Source: a virus
Taxonomy: Duplodnaviria > Caudoviricetes
Virus record (IMG/VR): IMGVR_UViG_3300028888_000052
Reading direction: 5' to 3' (one strand)
DNA: 64,000 nucleotides
The notes beneath the pieces are model-generated. The model searched no databases. It was not told the origin of the DNA and was given only the letters and a program-made list of their open reading frames with translations. Within the stretch, counting starts at the first letter, position 1. The number at the start of each line of letters is the position of its first letter. Shown here piece by piece: positions 63,033 through 64,000 of the stretch. The translations under genes and the position numbers were made by a program.

Positions 63033-63709
63033 TATAGTTTATATGTTAATATTTCTTTATTATCTTTCATTGAGGTAAATCCTAATTTTGTTAAGTTTGC
63101 TTTCATTTTAGGATGAAGTGGTTTAGCCGTTATACCATTATAATTTCCATCTTTATTAATAACATGTAAAGCCCAATCATTTAACATAGCTTTTAATACT
63201 GGTGTGCTTTCTTTTACACATAAAGAAGTTTCTATACCAACTAAATGAATAAACCCATCTACATAGTTTATATTTTTATCATACATTATTATACCAACAA
63301 AATATGTAGGATCTATAGAATCTTTTGAAGCTTTTGTTTCTTCTTCATTAGCTTCATTTTTAGTTGTGACTGGTCTGTACCAATATGGTAAACATTCTGG
63401 TTTTAATTCTTTTTCCTCAGTACCATTAGTATCTATAAGATATTTCTTAGGCATTTGTAACATTTGGTTAATTACTGTAAAACCTATGACTTTATCTGAT
63501 ATGATTTTCTTTACAATTTGATCTTTTGAAAAATCTTCAAACTTAAATGTTTGATTATTTTTAGGTTTAGCTAAATTGTCCACATCAACATCTATCGGTT
63601 GAAGTTTGTTATCTTTTATAAGTTGTTGCATTGTATCATAAACTTGCTTCAACCATTTTTCAACTTTAACACCTAAAGACTCATTTATAAACTCTTGTAA
63701 ACGTTTCAC
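63032..63709 (-). CDS. Hypothetical protein, capsid-targeting-like N-terminus, possible degenerate GNAT fold
   Basis: GTG start, MKRLQEFINE-S; FVGIIMY...IHLVGIET...LTKLGF. Confidence 0.55.
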   Translation of the reverse strand: MKRLQEFINESLGVKVEKWLKQVYDTMQQLIKDNKLQPIDVDVDNLAKPKNNQTFKFEDFSKDQIVKKIISDKVIGFTVINQMLQMPKKYLIDTNGTEEKELKPECLPYWYRPVTTKNEANEEETKASKDSIDPTYFVGIIMYDKNINYVDGFIHLVGIETSLCVKESTPVLKAMLNDWALHVINKDGNYNGITAKPLHPKMKANLTKLGFTSMKDNKEILTYKL

Positions 63710-63737
63710 AATTTTAACTTATTTATTATTTAAAAAT

Positions 63738-63766
63738 AAAAAAGAGGTAATAATTATTACCTCTTT
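63738..63766 (-). terminator. Intrinsic terminator
   Basis: AAAAAAGAGGTAATA/TATTACCTCTTT, giving a U tract on the - strand. Confidence 0.75.
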
Positions 63767-63792
63767 CTAATGATTTATTTAATTAAAGATTA

Positions 63793-63999
63793 TTAAATAC
63801 CTGCATAAGTATATGTATAATCATCAATTACTACTGGGATTTTTTCTGCCATTACACGTACAGTTGTTTCATCTACAATTGGGTTAGAAGTAATTATATT
63901 ACCATTTCTTACACCATTTTCAACAGTTGTTAATCTATAACCATTGTATGGTGTAGCTGTAGCACTAGCTTTACCACCTTCTTGTACAACCCTTGAAGA
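63793..63999 (-). CDS. 3' end of a gene truncated by the window edge; Ig-like/beta-repeat virion protein
   Basis: ...VQEGGKASATATPYNGYRLTTVENG...TVRVMAEKIPVVIDDYTYTYAGI-stop. Confidence 0.55.
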   Translation of the reverse strand, partial: SSRVVQEGGKASATATPYNGYRLTTVENGVRNGNIITSNPIVDETTVRVMAEKIPVVIDDYTYTYAGI

Positions 64000-64000
64000 T

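Noticed and set aside
2306-63078. Many ORF-track entries antisense to or nested in real genes (e.g. 2690-2983, 5438-5758, 9588-9926, 37157-37552, 38893-39264, 53025-53390, 55300-55803)
   Set aside because: Shadow ORFs fully overlapping better-supported genes, with F/I/L/S-rich composition typical of reverse frames of AT-rich coding DNA.
1-64000. TAG-to-Gln recoding (code 15) as in some Lak/crAss-like gut phages
   Set aside because: Long genes on both strands are intact in code 11. The TAG stops I checked (3037, 13066, 17036, 19193, 24736, 30979) fall at natural gene ends or inside the next gene's start region. Only 8445 (TAG-TTA-TGA) is ambiguous.
1-64000. tRNA, tmRNA, rRNA genes and CRISPR arrays
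   Set aside because: By eye I found no cloverleaf with a T-loop GTTCRA and matching acceptor stem, and no regularly spaced direct repeats. A tRNAscan/ARAGORN/CRISPR scan would be needed to be certain.

Overview
This is a very AT-rich (roughly 25% GC by eye) segment of a large T4-like jumbo/mega-phage genome, read in the standard code 11. The host is probably an anaerobic Bacteroidota (Prevotella/Bacteroides-like). Support for that is inferential: A-rich, SD-less start regions, a DAH7P synthase with a C-terminal chorismate mutase, and TAnnTTTG-like promoter ends. The + strand carries long runs of small early/accessory genes behind a fixed-spacing promoter (TTTGAA-N16-CTATATT). It also carries counter-defence and nucleic-acid enzymes: GMP reductase-like, RtcB, ATP-dependent RNA ligase, PARG-type macrodomain, NADAR, DinG helicase, DNA methyltransferase, GIY-YIG, RuvC-like and YkuK. 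The - strand carries late/virion genes: baseplate gp6/gp25-like, endolysin, a RimK-protease fusion, and many proteins with a T4-like capsid-targeting N-terminus. The main highlights are four. (1) An 8-gene operon at 54.3-62.0 kb looks like an oxygen-independent DNA hypermodification pathway: NDP-arabinose synthesis, dNMP kinase, two glycosyltransferases and a U32 Fe-S hydroxylase. It carries its own DAH7P synthase-chorismate mutase, which would supply prephenate, the known co-substrate of U32 hydroxylases. (2) A promoter-driven array of proline-motif mini-ORFs resembling ribosome-arrest peptides is followed by an unassigned ~225-nt structured RNA (24.8-25.4 kb). (3) A family of capsid-targeted cargo proteins includes one whose untagged paralog sits in the early region. 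(4) A catalytically dead prohead-protease paralog lies among the early genes. All functional calls come from motif recognition only; no database searches were run.
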